Under the pieces are notes generated by a model. That model had not been told where the DNA came from and made no database searches. It saw only the letters and a program-made list of their open reading frames with translations. Shown one piece after another: positions 28,729 to 42,200 of a DNA stretch of 64,000 bases. The first letter of the stretch is position 1, and every line of letters begins with the position of its first letter. Source of the DNA: Paragordius varius (lineage: Eukaryota > Animalia > Nematomorpha); contig OZ176052.1 in NCBI GenBank assembly GCA_964247055.1, positions 4,650,001 to 4,714,000 of the forward strand, in the 5' to 3' direction. The translations under genes and the position numbers were made by a program.

Positions 28729-31700
28729 TTATTTATTGGTTATTATAAGCGCTACAAAATACCTGGAAATTAGTAAGTTTTGGTAGATAAAATTAAAAGA
28801 TTTATAAATTAAAGAGAGGAGGCCTATTTAAAAAAATCAAATTAGTTGATGGGCAACATAAATTAATTAATTTATCAAGGCTTTTATTTTACAGTAAAAA
28901 TTAGAATTTAACAGACAAAACGTTTTGTTAAACCTTAATTTATCCCATAAAAATCATTTAATTGCAATCGGAAAATACATAATTGATTGTGTTATGATTA
29001 TTTACATCTCTATTATATACTTTGCGGTTTAAAACAATCATTTGTAATTAAAAAAAATCAAGATTAAAATTGTGGTTGTCTTTATATTTTTACGTTTTGT
29101 CCGTATAATTTTAATTTTTACTGTATGTGTTATATACCTGTTCTGTTGGGCACATTTTTTGCAAAATGTATAAAACCGTTGAATTATTGTTATGATATAA
29201 GTGTTGGAAATATGCGCTATTGCCAAATAATAAGTAACATGATCTGAAAAATAAATATGATAAAAAACTTAACCAATGATGAAACTTAAATTTAGCAAAA
29301 AAATTTAAAATGAAACTAACTAACTTACAAAATTATGTTTTCACGCGTAATATTTGGATAGTAGTAGGCATCAAAAATCCTTCTAAAAAGTTCGATGATA
29401 AAATCATCTTGGTCCTATGATAGGCAAAAAAATAAAATTATTTATCATTCGAAAAATATTTTAGTCGTGTAATTTAATTGAGAGAAGTGATGGTAAAAAA
29501 CTCTGACAGGAGATTTATGAAGCTATTATTTAAGTTTTAACCCTTTGTTAAAAATATTTTTTATTTAAAATTATTATTTTAAAAATAAAATTTACTTTTA
29601 ATATATGTTCATTCGTGTGATAGGCATCACACACTGACAACAATTCTGACAATAACATTGTTAATGTGTGTAAAAATAAATTGTCTTTTACACTTTTCAT
29701 ACTCTTGCTCAACATTTGCAGTAAAATTAGGAAAGTTAAGCTATCAAAACAGTCTGAATTCGGATTTTTAGCGTTGAAATCAATTAAAGTTTTAAAGGCT
29801 TTGGTAACTTCCTTGAACGAAAATGTGAAATCATTTGAATTTTCATGAGCCGATAATGTATTGTCAAATATTTTAGTTAACTTTCCCGGATTTCTGTTGG
29901 GATAAAAGGGGGCTTTTGAATTCTTCGAAGATTTAGATTTTTTAATCAATAGTAACCATTCATGGGTAAATGTAGATATTAGTTGAAAAGTGTAATATTG
30001 AGCAATTTTTATGGCCACAGGATTTTCCTAGATAATTGTTGAATAAATTTTATATTATTATTCTAATCAATAAATTATTTGAAAAACAAATTACGGATAA
30101 GGACAAATTTCATTTTGTAGGGTAAAAATAAAATTGTATTTCTAATGATATAAAAAAAGCAGCAAAAATGGATATTATGAAATTGTCTATTTTAAATATT
30201 TTTCAACTTTATCAAATATATATTTAGCAAAACATTTTTTTCTAATAATGAATTTGGAGCTGTATAAATAGTTTTAATATAATATTAAAATAAAAGTTTA
30301 TCATTTATTTTAGAGAAATTAAAACCAAATAGTATCGCATAAATTCCCAAATCCATTTTAATAATAACAGGTCTAAATGTATTAAATGGACATGTTTTCA
30401 AAATAATACATTAATGAAAAATTATACAGATTCAAGCTTATTGGTATGAAATCAATTACTGAATAAATATGTAAAAAAAATACCATTTTAACGAGGAAAT
30501 ATGATAAAATGTTTTCAGCCTTCTTAGCGCTCATATCCATTCCAGCATCCGTGGAAAATAGGGTAGCGTCATTTTTATTATCATGGTGGGACAAATTTTC
30601 AGAGCTGGTAAAATCATGATTATTTTGTTCTACAACACCAGCACCATTGCCAGAAAGCAATTCTCTAACCCTAATTTCCATTAAAGCCGGTATGAAATGT
30701 ACCATAATTTGGTAAGGATACAGAGATTCTATACGACGTTCTTCCTGTTGTTGTGTAATAGATCTATTTATATCTCCAAACATGACATCAAAAGTATTAT
30801 TATTATTATTATTATTAGAGGTAAATGTCATTTGAGGTGATACATAAAAAGTGACTGAGTCTGAAGGTGGTGTCGTAATGCCTTTTTTATCTGATTGCGA
30901 GTCGTCTGCCTTGGCTAAAACACTATTAGTTTGTGATAAGGCTGTTTTAGTTGTCTCATCCAACGCAAATGATAGCATGGCTGTAAAAATGCCCAATTTT
31001 ACGTTTTTCTATTGTAACAACAAAACTGTAAATATAAATTTGTAAGAGACAAATACAATTTCAACAAGGTAGAGTATGCATTTTAATGGTAACACAGAAG
31101 TGTATGGAAAAAGAAAGGAAATAATTGTTTATTCAACATTTTGTTGTTTTTTCCATCACTGTGTTGCAAATTGCCCTATTATAGTGTGAAATAAGCAATT
31201 ACAACTTCGTCAAGGTATTTATGCATAGACCTGAATATTTGAATCAGTATCCAATATGCTGCTTGCTCTTCATTATATATGCGGCCCGCCAAAAATTTGA
31301 AAATTAACTATTTTAAAAAATATGCTTACTAAATATTAGTAAAATTGATATTTATCATTTTCCAATTAGCAATACGAGTCAGCAAAAATTAGTGAAATAA
31401 AGAGTATTTTTGATAATTTCCATTTTTTAACAGTCTTTTGATTTAAGTCTATTAAAAAATATATTAAGGTCCTATCCTATTTTGATGCGGTCCCCCCGCC
31501 CAATTTTGCGTTAAAAATGGGGCCCGCAAAGCCAACATGTGTTAGACGCCCCTGATATAAATCTAAATTTACCGTAAAAAGCCTATAATAAAAACAGATA
31601 TAAAAGAATATGTACCCGCGGAAGATTGCTGTGATGTAATTCAAAGTCTATTAATTTACATATGGTTGAAGCACATAAATCAATAAAAAACGGATTTCGA

Positions 31701-34612
31701 AACAGCATGTATAACATCCTAAAATAAAAAGGATAAAAATATTAGTTTATATTTTTAATTGTATATAATCTAATTATTGTTCGTGATAAATATTGTAAAC
31801 TAATATACCATCATTATTTCAATATCGCTAATAACCTAAATTAACCTTGAAATTCAAAATAATTATACGCCTATAATTTATTTCTAAAAATTTTAATTAA
31901 TATATTTGTAATTCAACAATTTCATATCAAATTAAACATGTAAATTTTGCATTCATCCAAACTTATCACCCCCTAAAAAATTTCGAACCCTTGAAAACTT
32001 CAACTTCCCCCTAATTGGGTATAATAAGAAATATTTGCATTTTTTTGTGCTTAATAATGGGCTAAACAAAATAATGATTTTACAAAGTCATATTTTTTAT
32101 AAAATATGGAGGAAAATAAGCAAAGGGTTTGACTATTCAAAGATGAATAAGAAGTGCAATATTTCTTATGTGAAAACGATATTTAAAAAAAATTAAAATG
32201 AAATGATTATGAAGAATCCATGATTACGATCCCATCATATCCCTAAATGTTATTTCATGTTTTACTAAATTCAAATCAAAAAACACATTTTACATTTACA
32301 TTAAAAGAAAATAAATCTACCTGAATACGTTTATATCGAATGTAACATTATAAGATTTAGGGTTATTAGTGGAACTATTTTCACTAGCACCGTCGTCGTT
32401 TGTTAAACTGGATTCTTCACTTTTAAATTTTTTATTTTTAGGCAAATTATTCGTTACACAATCAGAATCTGAGAGACGACCTTTTCGTTTATTATTACTA
32501 ATGTTACCATTAATTTTATGGTTTTCGTCCTCTAAAATAAAATCAGCATCTGATGCATCAAGTTTGGCTTCTTTCAATTTTCGGCCTACCCTTTTCTGTG
32601 TGTTGCCCTTTTCTTTAGTGGAACCTCTGTCTGTGTTAATAAGTTTGACAATACCCATTTCCAGAAACAGGCTCCAAAGTTCCTGAGAGTGATCCAATAA
32701 GTTCTCGTGAAAATTAGTGGAGTTATTACCACTATTCACATCCAAAGATTTTGTATTTATACTGTTTATAGTACTATTAATATTTGTGTCAATAGCCATT
32801 AAATAAATTATGTGATTGGATGTAGTTACATGGGTAAGGGCATAAGAATAAAATGGAAACACCAAGCGTTTTCCCCTAAAAAACTCTTGAACGGGATAAA
32901 AATTACTATCTTGCGTAGGAATGTGGTGGCTATCTACAGATAATTTAATATTGGTTTCATTGTTATTACTTGTGTGCGTATTATTAGGGGACATAATTTT
33001 TGTGTTAACGCTAGTCACATACTCATACCGTTCTTTTTCAGCCTGCTCAATGCACCAAATCAATTTTTTTAACCGGTCAATCCATATTGGGCTAGCTAAC
33101 CCAGACTTTTCAACCGTGTTAGGAGTTGTTGAAGTGTTATTCGAACTGAATTCTTTCCGTATATCGTAAGCGAGGGATTGTGTATTCCAAACGATTCTCA
33201 CGTTAGAATCTCTAATCCAACTCATTGTATCAGCAAGCAGGGTACAATATTCGATATGTCCTTTTTTTAAATAACCGCCATCAAATAAACAATAGTTTAG
33301 GAAGGATGGTAAAAGTCGGATGGAATGTAAGATATGATGTTGATCAGGTGCTGCATGTAATGGCAAATTTTTATCGTCCAAGCCCGTTTCAGGGATTGTT
33401 GAAGTTGATGGAACGATAATTTTAATAATTTCCATTAACGTGGGATTCAAATGGCGATCTTTAGGGTTAGTCAATAAATTTGAGAAGTGGAGATGTAATG
33501 TGGCAGATGATTGTGACATAGGTTCAATTAAGCCTAAATTTTCAAAGTGCTGATCAAACATAGCTTTTATATCGTAATTGTCTTTGTAATGATGTACAAA
33601 AGTTTTTACAATCGGTTTAAGTTCACGTCGGAAAAGTTCATAATGTCGTAACCAAATGTGTCGCTTAACACCCAGAGGACATTGAAAGTAAGGACAATTG
33701 GTAGCATCTTTGTATTTTGCCTCTGGATCTAACAAACTATTTTGATTTTTAGGGACGTATGTGTCAAATATACCATCAAAAATATTTTTACATTTATCTG
33801 GTTCGGGTTCATTGATGATTTCAGATTTGATTTTTACATTCCCACGCTTATTTTTTGATTGGCCCTTGGCCTGTGATATCTTTAATTTTATTTTAGGCGC
33901 AGATTTGGATGAGCTAATCACTGTTTCATGTATCGTAGCGAAATCTGAAGGTTTTGGGTATAAAGCGAGTAAAATATGGACATACTTATTTGGTAAGTAT
34001 GGTAAGTTTTCCATGATAAAATATGGGATCATTTTTAATTCGGGTACTAATATAGCAGGAAATATTTTTTCAAGAATTTTAAATAGCGTTTTTAGATGGT
34101 TAATGTTATAAGTGATTTGTTGATCCACGGTTTCTGATTTGTGAATAGGCTTTTTTTCGTTAGTAATAATTTCTATATTAAGCTAAAATATACTTGAAGG
34201 GATGATATCCTTAACCTTTGTGGTTACTATTTTTAAACATCCATTTATCATTTTTAATTTCTTTTTAGTATTTACAACAGCCAACCGATTAGTTTTTTGA
34301 GATTTGCTCTTTTCTGGGGATTGAATATTTAATTCAAGTGGTTTCATTAAACCTGATATCAGTTCTTTTATACGACTCATTATCCTAAATTTAACATAAA
34401 TAATACAAAGTTTTTAGTAAGCATAACAATGAATCGGAGAATTCCGTATGATATATGCTATGCAAATCTAAGAAGGGTAAGGCAGTTTGTATTGAATTTA
34501 GTTTTATAGTATTTTCATTTTGAAATAATTTAATAAATTTCAACGGATCTTTTCTTTTAAGCAGAGCATCCTTTAAAAAACTTTTTCCGTGCACACCTTC
34601 AATATTTTCCAT
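28729..34612 (-). CDS. NELFB: Negative elongation factor B (COBRA1) with large insertions; 3' exon structure approximate
   Basis: KDPLKFIKLFQNEN..SIQTALPFLDLH, ILEKIFP, VKRHIW, EYCTLLAD, LFRNPFFI..LPR, HFIPALM and DNLFLHTL match NELF-B motifs in order. Confidence 0.85.
28892..29123. mobile_element. Tc1/pogo-type MITE (CAGTAAAA termini, TA TSD), copy 1
   Basis: TA|CAGTAAAAATTAGAATTTAACAGACAAAACG ... CGTTTTGTCCGTATAATTTTAATTTTTACTG|TA. Confidence 0.85.
31283..31554 (-). mobile_element. hAT-type MITE fragment (one terminus)
   Basis: Reverse complement begins CAGGGGCGTCTAAC and contains GCGGCCCG-type subterminal motifs. Confidence 0.55.
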
Positions 34613-35813
34613 ATGGATTAATCATGGGTTGAACAAAAAGATGTAATACATTTTTTATTATATTACACTTATAAATGTATCGAGAAGTCGATTCTATTAC
34701 ATCCGTAGTGAAAACACTTTAAAAAATAGAGCTCAAATTATTGCATAAATATCTACAAATTTTTTTTAATAGTAATGCTAAGCTACAATATGTGCCATTA
34801 ATACACAATTAAAAGGCCAAATTTTGAATAAATTTTGGGGAAAATAAACATATGTATCGCAAATTAAAAACCACAAATTTCCCAAAATATGGGGTTACAA
34901 CAGGGAATTATGATAAATTTTTATTTGGGGGTATTGTTTACCAAAAACACATATCATACACTTAAGCGCTATCACATCAATTAAACTATATATTTGAGTG
35001 TAAAATTTTGAATTCTAAAAACGTGTAGACCTATTTGAATTTACTTAATCGTATGTAATTTACCACTCTACGCCATAAAATCTGCTACCAATAGTTTCTT
35101 AAAATAAGCAAAAAAAACAATACGCGATTCCATCATTTCTGCCTATTTGATATATAAACACTTAGGGATAGGGCACATTGCATCCAAAATCGGTAGGGGC
35201 TTGAATATCTTGATAGAATATATATATTATGGTAGGTAAGTGTATCGGAATGATGATGCTTTTGCTTTTACCCTTTAGTAGTATTTTACGAAGTTATTTA
35301 CTTATGGTAAGTACTTTATATTGTAAAATGGCAAGATTGCCCAAATTTTTTTAGTAAAGTTTTTAGGTAAATTTGTTTCATTCCAAAAAATATCAAAAAT
35401 ATTAAGAAATTTTTAAGAAGTAGACTCCTCTAAAATTTTTTTGCAGTTCTAAAATGGGTTGGTTTTCTTATATAAACGCGAAAGTGCTAAAATTGCGCAT
35501 AAAAAAATTAAGATATGCTAAATTTTAACATCAAAAATAGTTTTTTTCTGATAAAATAAATATTATGCTTAAACTTTTTTTGAAGCATACTTTATATTTT
35601 AAGGCACGATGAAGTTATAAAAACTTTCTGATATATCATAAAAAAATTAAAAATAATTAAATGATGCTGAACATTACTGCTATTACCTTTAGGGGTAATT
35701 TTATATTCCAGAGTAATTTGAAATGAAAAAGTATTTAAGGTATCAAGCCGAATTTAAAAATATGATTGATTTAGCCTTTTAGATTTATTATACGAAAAAT
35801 TTAATAAAATTAA

Positions 35814-36395
35814 CACTTGGATACAACACACTCATTTTAGTCCTTCGATTCAAATTGGGGTGGTTGGATACCCCAGGCCTGTTTAAAATTAAATTCTTTA
35901 AAAAATATAGAAGGAATCGAGACCATGGCAAAATTTTGCACTTATCTAACATTAATAAACCTAAATATATAAAAAATTTTATTCAAAAATACTTGATACT
36001 ACTTATTTTAAGCTTAAACCGAAAGGTAAAAATTTCGTCAACGTGACATGTGTCAAATTGTAAAATTGAAAAATTATACAAACTACACCGCTTTTTCTAT
36101 ATCTATCAATGTTAGATGTAATTTATATTAAAAATTAGCTTTAGTTTTAACCTTAAAATTAAATAAAGACGATATTTTGCAAAAATTTTGTAAAATAAAA
36201 ATGGCGTCGAAGTAGTTTGAGATGGAGCTTTTTTTAAAAAACAAAATTTTATCAAGATGTTTTGGCATATTTATATAATATTTATCAGGATAGAAGCATA
36301 AATTTAAATTTGGACCGTTTCCTCCAGTAGTTTTTTAAAATTATTAATTTAAATTTAGTCTGGGGTATTTAGATACCCCAATTTGAATCGAAGTG
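35814..36395. mobile_element. piggyBac-like MITE (TTAA TSD), copy 2, opposite orientation
   Basis: TTAA|CACTTGGATAC..CTTCGATTCAAATTGGGGT ... ACCCCAATTTGAATCGAAGTG|TTAA. Confidence 0.9.
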
Positions 36396-36479
36396 TTAAA
36401 TGAAAAAAATCCCCATCTCAAACTTTTTTTAAAAAAATTAATTGTTGAAACGAACTTCAAACTATTTTTAAGCAAGACG

Positions 36480-36710
36480 TTATAAAAACGATAAACACAC
36501 TTTTCTATAAAATTTAATAATGCTGATATTTCTATCGCATCAGAATTTTAAATTAAAGGTTTGTATACCGGATTTTTATTAAAAACAATTTATATTAACA
36601 TAAACCTATTTTATCAAAATCTGAGGCGATAGAAATGTTAAGCATTAATAAATTTAAAAACAAAGTTTTTATAATATCTTAAAGCGTTTTTATACCGTTT
36701 CCATTATCCT
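36480..36710. repeat. Imperfect palindromic repeat; a related copy lies at ~44865-45070
   Basis: AATGCTGATATTTCTATCGCATCAGA vs TCTGAGGCGATAGAAATGTTAAGCATT. The flank TATCTTAAAGCGT..TACCGTTTCC recurs inverted at ~44865-44885. Confidence 0.65.
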
Positions 36711-38736
36711 CAAAATGGTATAAAGTACGCTTCAAAAAAGTTTTGCCAAAAATTAAATTTTATAAAAAGTATGATTTTTCTCAAAAATGTTTTTAGTTGA
36801 TATTAAAATTTACCATATATTTAAAATATCTATCGGTCCCGCCATTGTATTTATTTTAATTGAACTAACTCATTTTAAAAGAGCCAAAAATTTGGGACTT
36901 ACGGAGTCCGCATCTAAAAAATAAAAAATTTAATATTCGCTTATGTAGTTTATGATTTTTAGTGATATTTTTTGGAAAGCAATTATCTTTCATTAAAAAT
37001 AATTATATAACTGGGCAAATTTTGCCATTTAGTGATATGTTGTGAACTTTCTTATCATTCGTAGGGGCTAAAACTAAATGCATCATGATAATCTTTATAT
37101 ATATTTTTTCAAATTTATATATCATCAGGATATTTTTTATGGCCACTGTGTGTATCTAAAGATGTGTATTACGTTTCCTGTTCGCGCATATATCTTTAAT
37201 TGGACAAATAGCCATTTAAGTTTGAGAGTACATAGGAGTCAATAATCTGGCAGCTTATACTAAAGTAAATATTAAAGGTTATATTTGACCCTTACAGAGG
37301 CAAAACTCGTTTATTTATATGATAAATTTCGATAATTATTATATATTTAAATTTTTAGTATAATATTGTGTTTTAAAAGGGTTTAGCGATAATTTTGTTT
37401 TAATTACTGCAAAAGATTCACTTTTATTACCTTTAATTACACCTAATTCTTTAGGAGGTATTTTTACCGAAGGCGATTATGTCAAAGAGAAAAACCTGTA
37501 TATTTCATTATATATTAGAAGATTTTTAAAATCGTAATAATAAGGTTTCTTATTGTTACCATAAAATTATTATTTAATCAACGGATATATGTTCATGCCC
37601 AAATTGTTAGAATATATCCGTTACCCTTTACCTTTTAATCTATATCAGCCCTTAACAATATATTTTACCCATAATAAATAGCAAAGCATAAATGAAAACA
37701 GCGATTTGCTGTAAAATTAGATGGGTTAAAAACTTAAGCAAGAAACCCATTCCCTGTCTATTTAATCATAATGGCGCCATTATATACGAAACGCTATAAA
37801 TTGCCACAGATTTTAACTTAAACGTATTCATTTGTAATGATATCAACTTTAAAATTTAATTTTTATAAAGATAATAGCATATTTTAACATTCTACTAGCC
37901 AATTATATTTTCCCCCATCAGGTTCATGAAAAAGAGTAGATACAAAATTACCCTAACGTTTTATATGTTTACAATAATATATAACATCAATTTATGTTTG
38001 TTAATAAATGTCCAATTTTTTGAGCCAAAATATAGTAGCATTTCCAGTGAGCAAACATATTATCAAGGTCATCTATATTTCCGGGTTTACCTAAAGATTT
38101 GAGGTAGTATAATGAAAAGGTATTATAGATTCAAATAGTAATATTTTTTCAATTTTATAAATGCATAACTCAATTTATCTTAAAATTTTTATATTCAGTT
38201 TCAAAATAATCAACTAAAAGTGTTACCAAATAGCCGAATCATGTAGATGTATTTTGATCCATAATAGAAGCAAAGACTTTGTATTCCAAAAAAAATTTAT
38301 CAGATTGATATAGCGTAAGCGTAACCCAAATCACTCCTATTATTCTGTTAAAAAAATTTAAAAAATAGAATTAAATTAAGTGATGAATTAATAAAAATTA
38401 AGAATTTAATGAAATACTGTTATTTCATGAGCTTAGTGAAAGAATTATTATATATCGAAAGTTATTATATTGTTGAATCAAAAAGTGTTAAAGAATGAAA
38501 AACATTTTAATTTTATGTTAAAAAATTATACATATATCATTTAGGTTGGCGAAGTTTTGACAGCAAGCTTAACTTTAAATTTGCTTATCATAATGTCAAA
38601 GGGCTATTCTTTTAAATTTGATTTAGAGCGAAAAATATTTTAATAAATTTATGAATTATTTATGTTAAACACTCTGCAAATTAGTTAAATATCTATATCC
38701 ATACTTCGTTATAATAACAGCAACATCCTCTTAAAC

Positions 38737-38978
38737 CGGGGTGTCCACAAAGGGCTTCGCGAGCCGCATTAAGAAATTTATAAAAAAAATTTGATCATAG
38801 AACTGTGAAATGCAAACAAAATATTTAAATTTTTCCCTAGTTTTTTGCTATTCTATTGACTTAAAAAATTTATTTAGGAAATATCAATTTTACTAAAAGT
38901 CTATAAGCATATTTTTGGAATTAAGGATTTTCGATTTTTTTGCAGGCTGCACGGATGGTCGCTTTTTGGACACCCTTG
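38737..38978. mobile_element. hAT MITE
   Basis: CGGGGTGTCC ... GGACACCCTTG flanked by an 8-bp near-duplicate TCTTAAAC / TCTTTAAC. Confidence 0.8.
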
Positions 38979-39291
38979 TCTTTAACCCTCTATTTACACA
39001 AAAAAGTCAATAAAACATCCGTGATAAATTTGCCTATTTTTTACACGAAAGCAAATAATTTCATTCTTATCCACCAATTTTTACATGTTTCAATTATTGA
39101 CTTTTATTTTTTTCCCCATAAAATATGACAATACGTTTTCACATTGATTAAACATTTCATCAAGGTCATTTCGATCGCATGTTTAAGAGGTACTATAAAT
39201 GTGAGTCAAATTTATAAATAAATATTGTCATAATACCGAGAAAAAAACGTTTAAAAATTTATCCCTCTTATTTAAAATTTTTTGGTACAAC

Positions 39292-42200
39292 ATGTATTCG
39301 ATTTTAACAATTCTATTTGGCACAATTGGTGTATTGGCCGCCCAGGGTATAGATAGTCTCCAACCCCAATTAAGTCCATCAGATATTATAACATCATACC
39401 TGAGAAGGGGGTAATTTTATTTTCCAATATTATATGCAATATATTATTATATTATGATAATTTATTATTTCAACATTGTATAGTCGACAACAGACAAGAT
39501 ATCAATTCATTAATACAGTAATATTATATTTATAATAAGAATGGTTTAGTTAGATAATCAATAAATAAAGATTATGTTTAGGGAATATAACCAATATATG
39601 TACATTTCACCTATTCACACATATATATATATTATCGAAAATAAATATTTTTGGTAATTCAACAGATTGTTCCAGATAACTCATGGTACGCTGCAGAATC
39701 TTATCCCCTGTGTCTAACACGGTACCATAATTTGAGTCAAGACTGTTTTGAATTGAAATATGACAGTTTCAGTTTTTTCCCAAGTGCTGTAAAGAAGGTC
39801 AATACATATATATATTATACTATTTGCAGTTCAAGCTCGTAATTTTACATTTCAACTTCGATTTTAATTTATTATGAAACATAAACTTTGAGAAAGAAAG
39901 AATTTAAATTAATGGACGACGAATTTGAAAACGTAAAAGGGCGGGCTTAAAGTCTATTTGGTTTTATCTTTTACTAGATTGTAGCATTAAATTTGGATGG
40001 CACTGCGTTGATTCGTGAACATTATGAAAATTTTAATATCATTAAGTTGATACACAATCAAGAAGGGGGAATACCAACAAAAGATTCACCCCAAAATCCG
40101 AATCTAAGCGTCAAAATTGAAAATACTAGAAGGAATTTCTTGACAAGCATTCCCAGTATATTAATTTATATCTCTTTTTTCAATTATATTCTTGCGTCGT
40201 TTTACCAAAGAAAAATTAGTATTTAATTTTTAAAAATTTCGGTTTTACCCTCTTCAACTTTAAGGGGTAATATTTATAGTGACCAGATTTTTAAATGCAG
40301 TGTAACAACTCTGAACAGAAGGGGGCGGGGTTTACCATCAAAAATTTGCATACAAAATATATTATAATAATATATTTTTAAATAAGTACAATTTTTAAGT
40401 ATAAAAAAATGTATAAATTTATTTTTTGATATATTTTTTGAGTGAATTCGTTTGAGAAGGTTGTTATCAATTTTTAAAATATTAACAAGAATTAGTTGTA
40501 TTATATTTGAAACATAAGATGGTTTTCCGACTTTCAATATTTAATTTAGATTTTTCTGATGTGCACTTGATTACTGTAGAAAAAACGAGTTCAGTCGCAG
40601 CGTTAGTTCCAGATTAAGAGAGAGCGAATTCCACAATTATTAAAACATTATTGTAAGGAACGTAGTTTGTTTTAAAATGATGAAATATTTTCAACCATTT
40701 GTTCTCTACTGTTATTTTTTCTCATGACCAATATTTGAGTTCCTTATCAATATATTTTAACTAACAACACTTTAAAAGATCATTTTCAGAAATATTACTA
40801 TTTGGGAATTTTTGAGAAATATAATCTAATGTTTTTGAACATTGTACAATTAAATTCTGGTTTTAATGTAATCCCACGATTTTATCACTAAATTGTACCG
40901 TCCAGTCTTCTAAATATTTTTAATAGTTGGTATAACACCTTTTTAATGGTCCATAATATCTTGACAATTTATTGCAACTTGCCCTTCGAGGTCGTTTATA
41001 CTGTTGCGAATAGTGAACGGTAGAAAATTATTTTCTGATCTCTTTATTTGCTGCTTCAATTTCCAATATTTTGACACCTTCAACAAGTTTAATGACGTTT
41101 TGAAAAAGAGCAGCTTTATTTTGAAGAAACTCAAGCCATATTGATTTTCTTCAAAAAAGTTTTCTAAAACTGTAGGACATTCTTGCGACAGTAAGATTTT
41201 AAGAGATCATACATTTTCATAATTAATAGCTGGCAAAAGGGCAACGCGTTTATTTAAGTATTTTCTGATATACAACTACCCCTACGAACACAAAAGCGAG
41301 AATAATTTTAATATAAACTTAACTGGATTCTAAAAATCAGGACTTTTTAAAACGTAGCGAATTGCGCGGTTAAAGCTTTCGGTAGTGGCAGAGATTACAC
41401 AAAATAAAAGCAAAAAACAAACATTTTGATTTTGGAATAATTTTGGATCAAAAGAGATATATTAAAGTTTAACAATTCAAAGAATTATTTTTTTTAAATC
41501 ATACTGGATATATGGTGCTACGAATTTGGTCTATAAAAAATTACTTGAATAAGCCTCAAACCTATGGATATAATATTCTAATGTCGCATATTGTTTTCGA
41601 TTTTTTGAGTAAAAATACTAGCCAATCTCATTTCTGATTTTATGCAAATACGTTTAACAATAATTTTATTGTCTTTAGATGAATATTATGATTACAATCA
41701 ACTCTGTCTTTTCTTCACTAAATCGAATGTATATAATGTTCACAGAAACGGGATTCTATACAGGTTCGATTTATATATGTCCACATATAATATTTTTGAC
41801 TGTGGATAATATTTTTATAATTTATGTTGGCAAAAATTAAGTCAAATTTTTTTGTTTAAAAAAATTAAATAATTAATATAATACTTAATTTAAGGAAAAA
41901 TGTAATATTTTGCTGTAAGATACCATAAACAGTAGTTTTAATAGCAATTATATTTTTAATAATTGCATAACTATAATATGATTTATTTAATTAAAAAATA
42001 ATATTTTAGGAAGACTTCACGATTATTATTAGGTTTTATGGCCAAAAACTCTAAAACAACCTAAATTTTTTACGATTTCACACTGTGAAATAATATTGTG
42101 CTTACAATCAATATTTTTCACCTGAAAAATTATTAAAAAACCAAAGCGCCAAACACATCCATAATATGATATAGGAGTTGATAAATACCGCGTATTCAAA

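Noticed and set aside
37130-38110. Protein tyrosine phosphatase (minus) or iGluR N-terminal domain (plus) assignment
   Set aside because: The motif-like fragments are short, out of the expected order, and cannot be spliced into a continuous frame.
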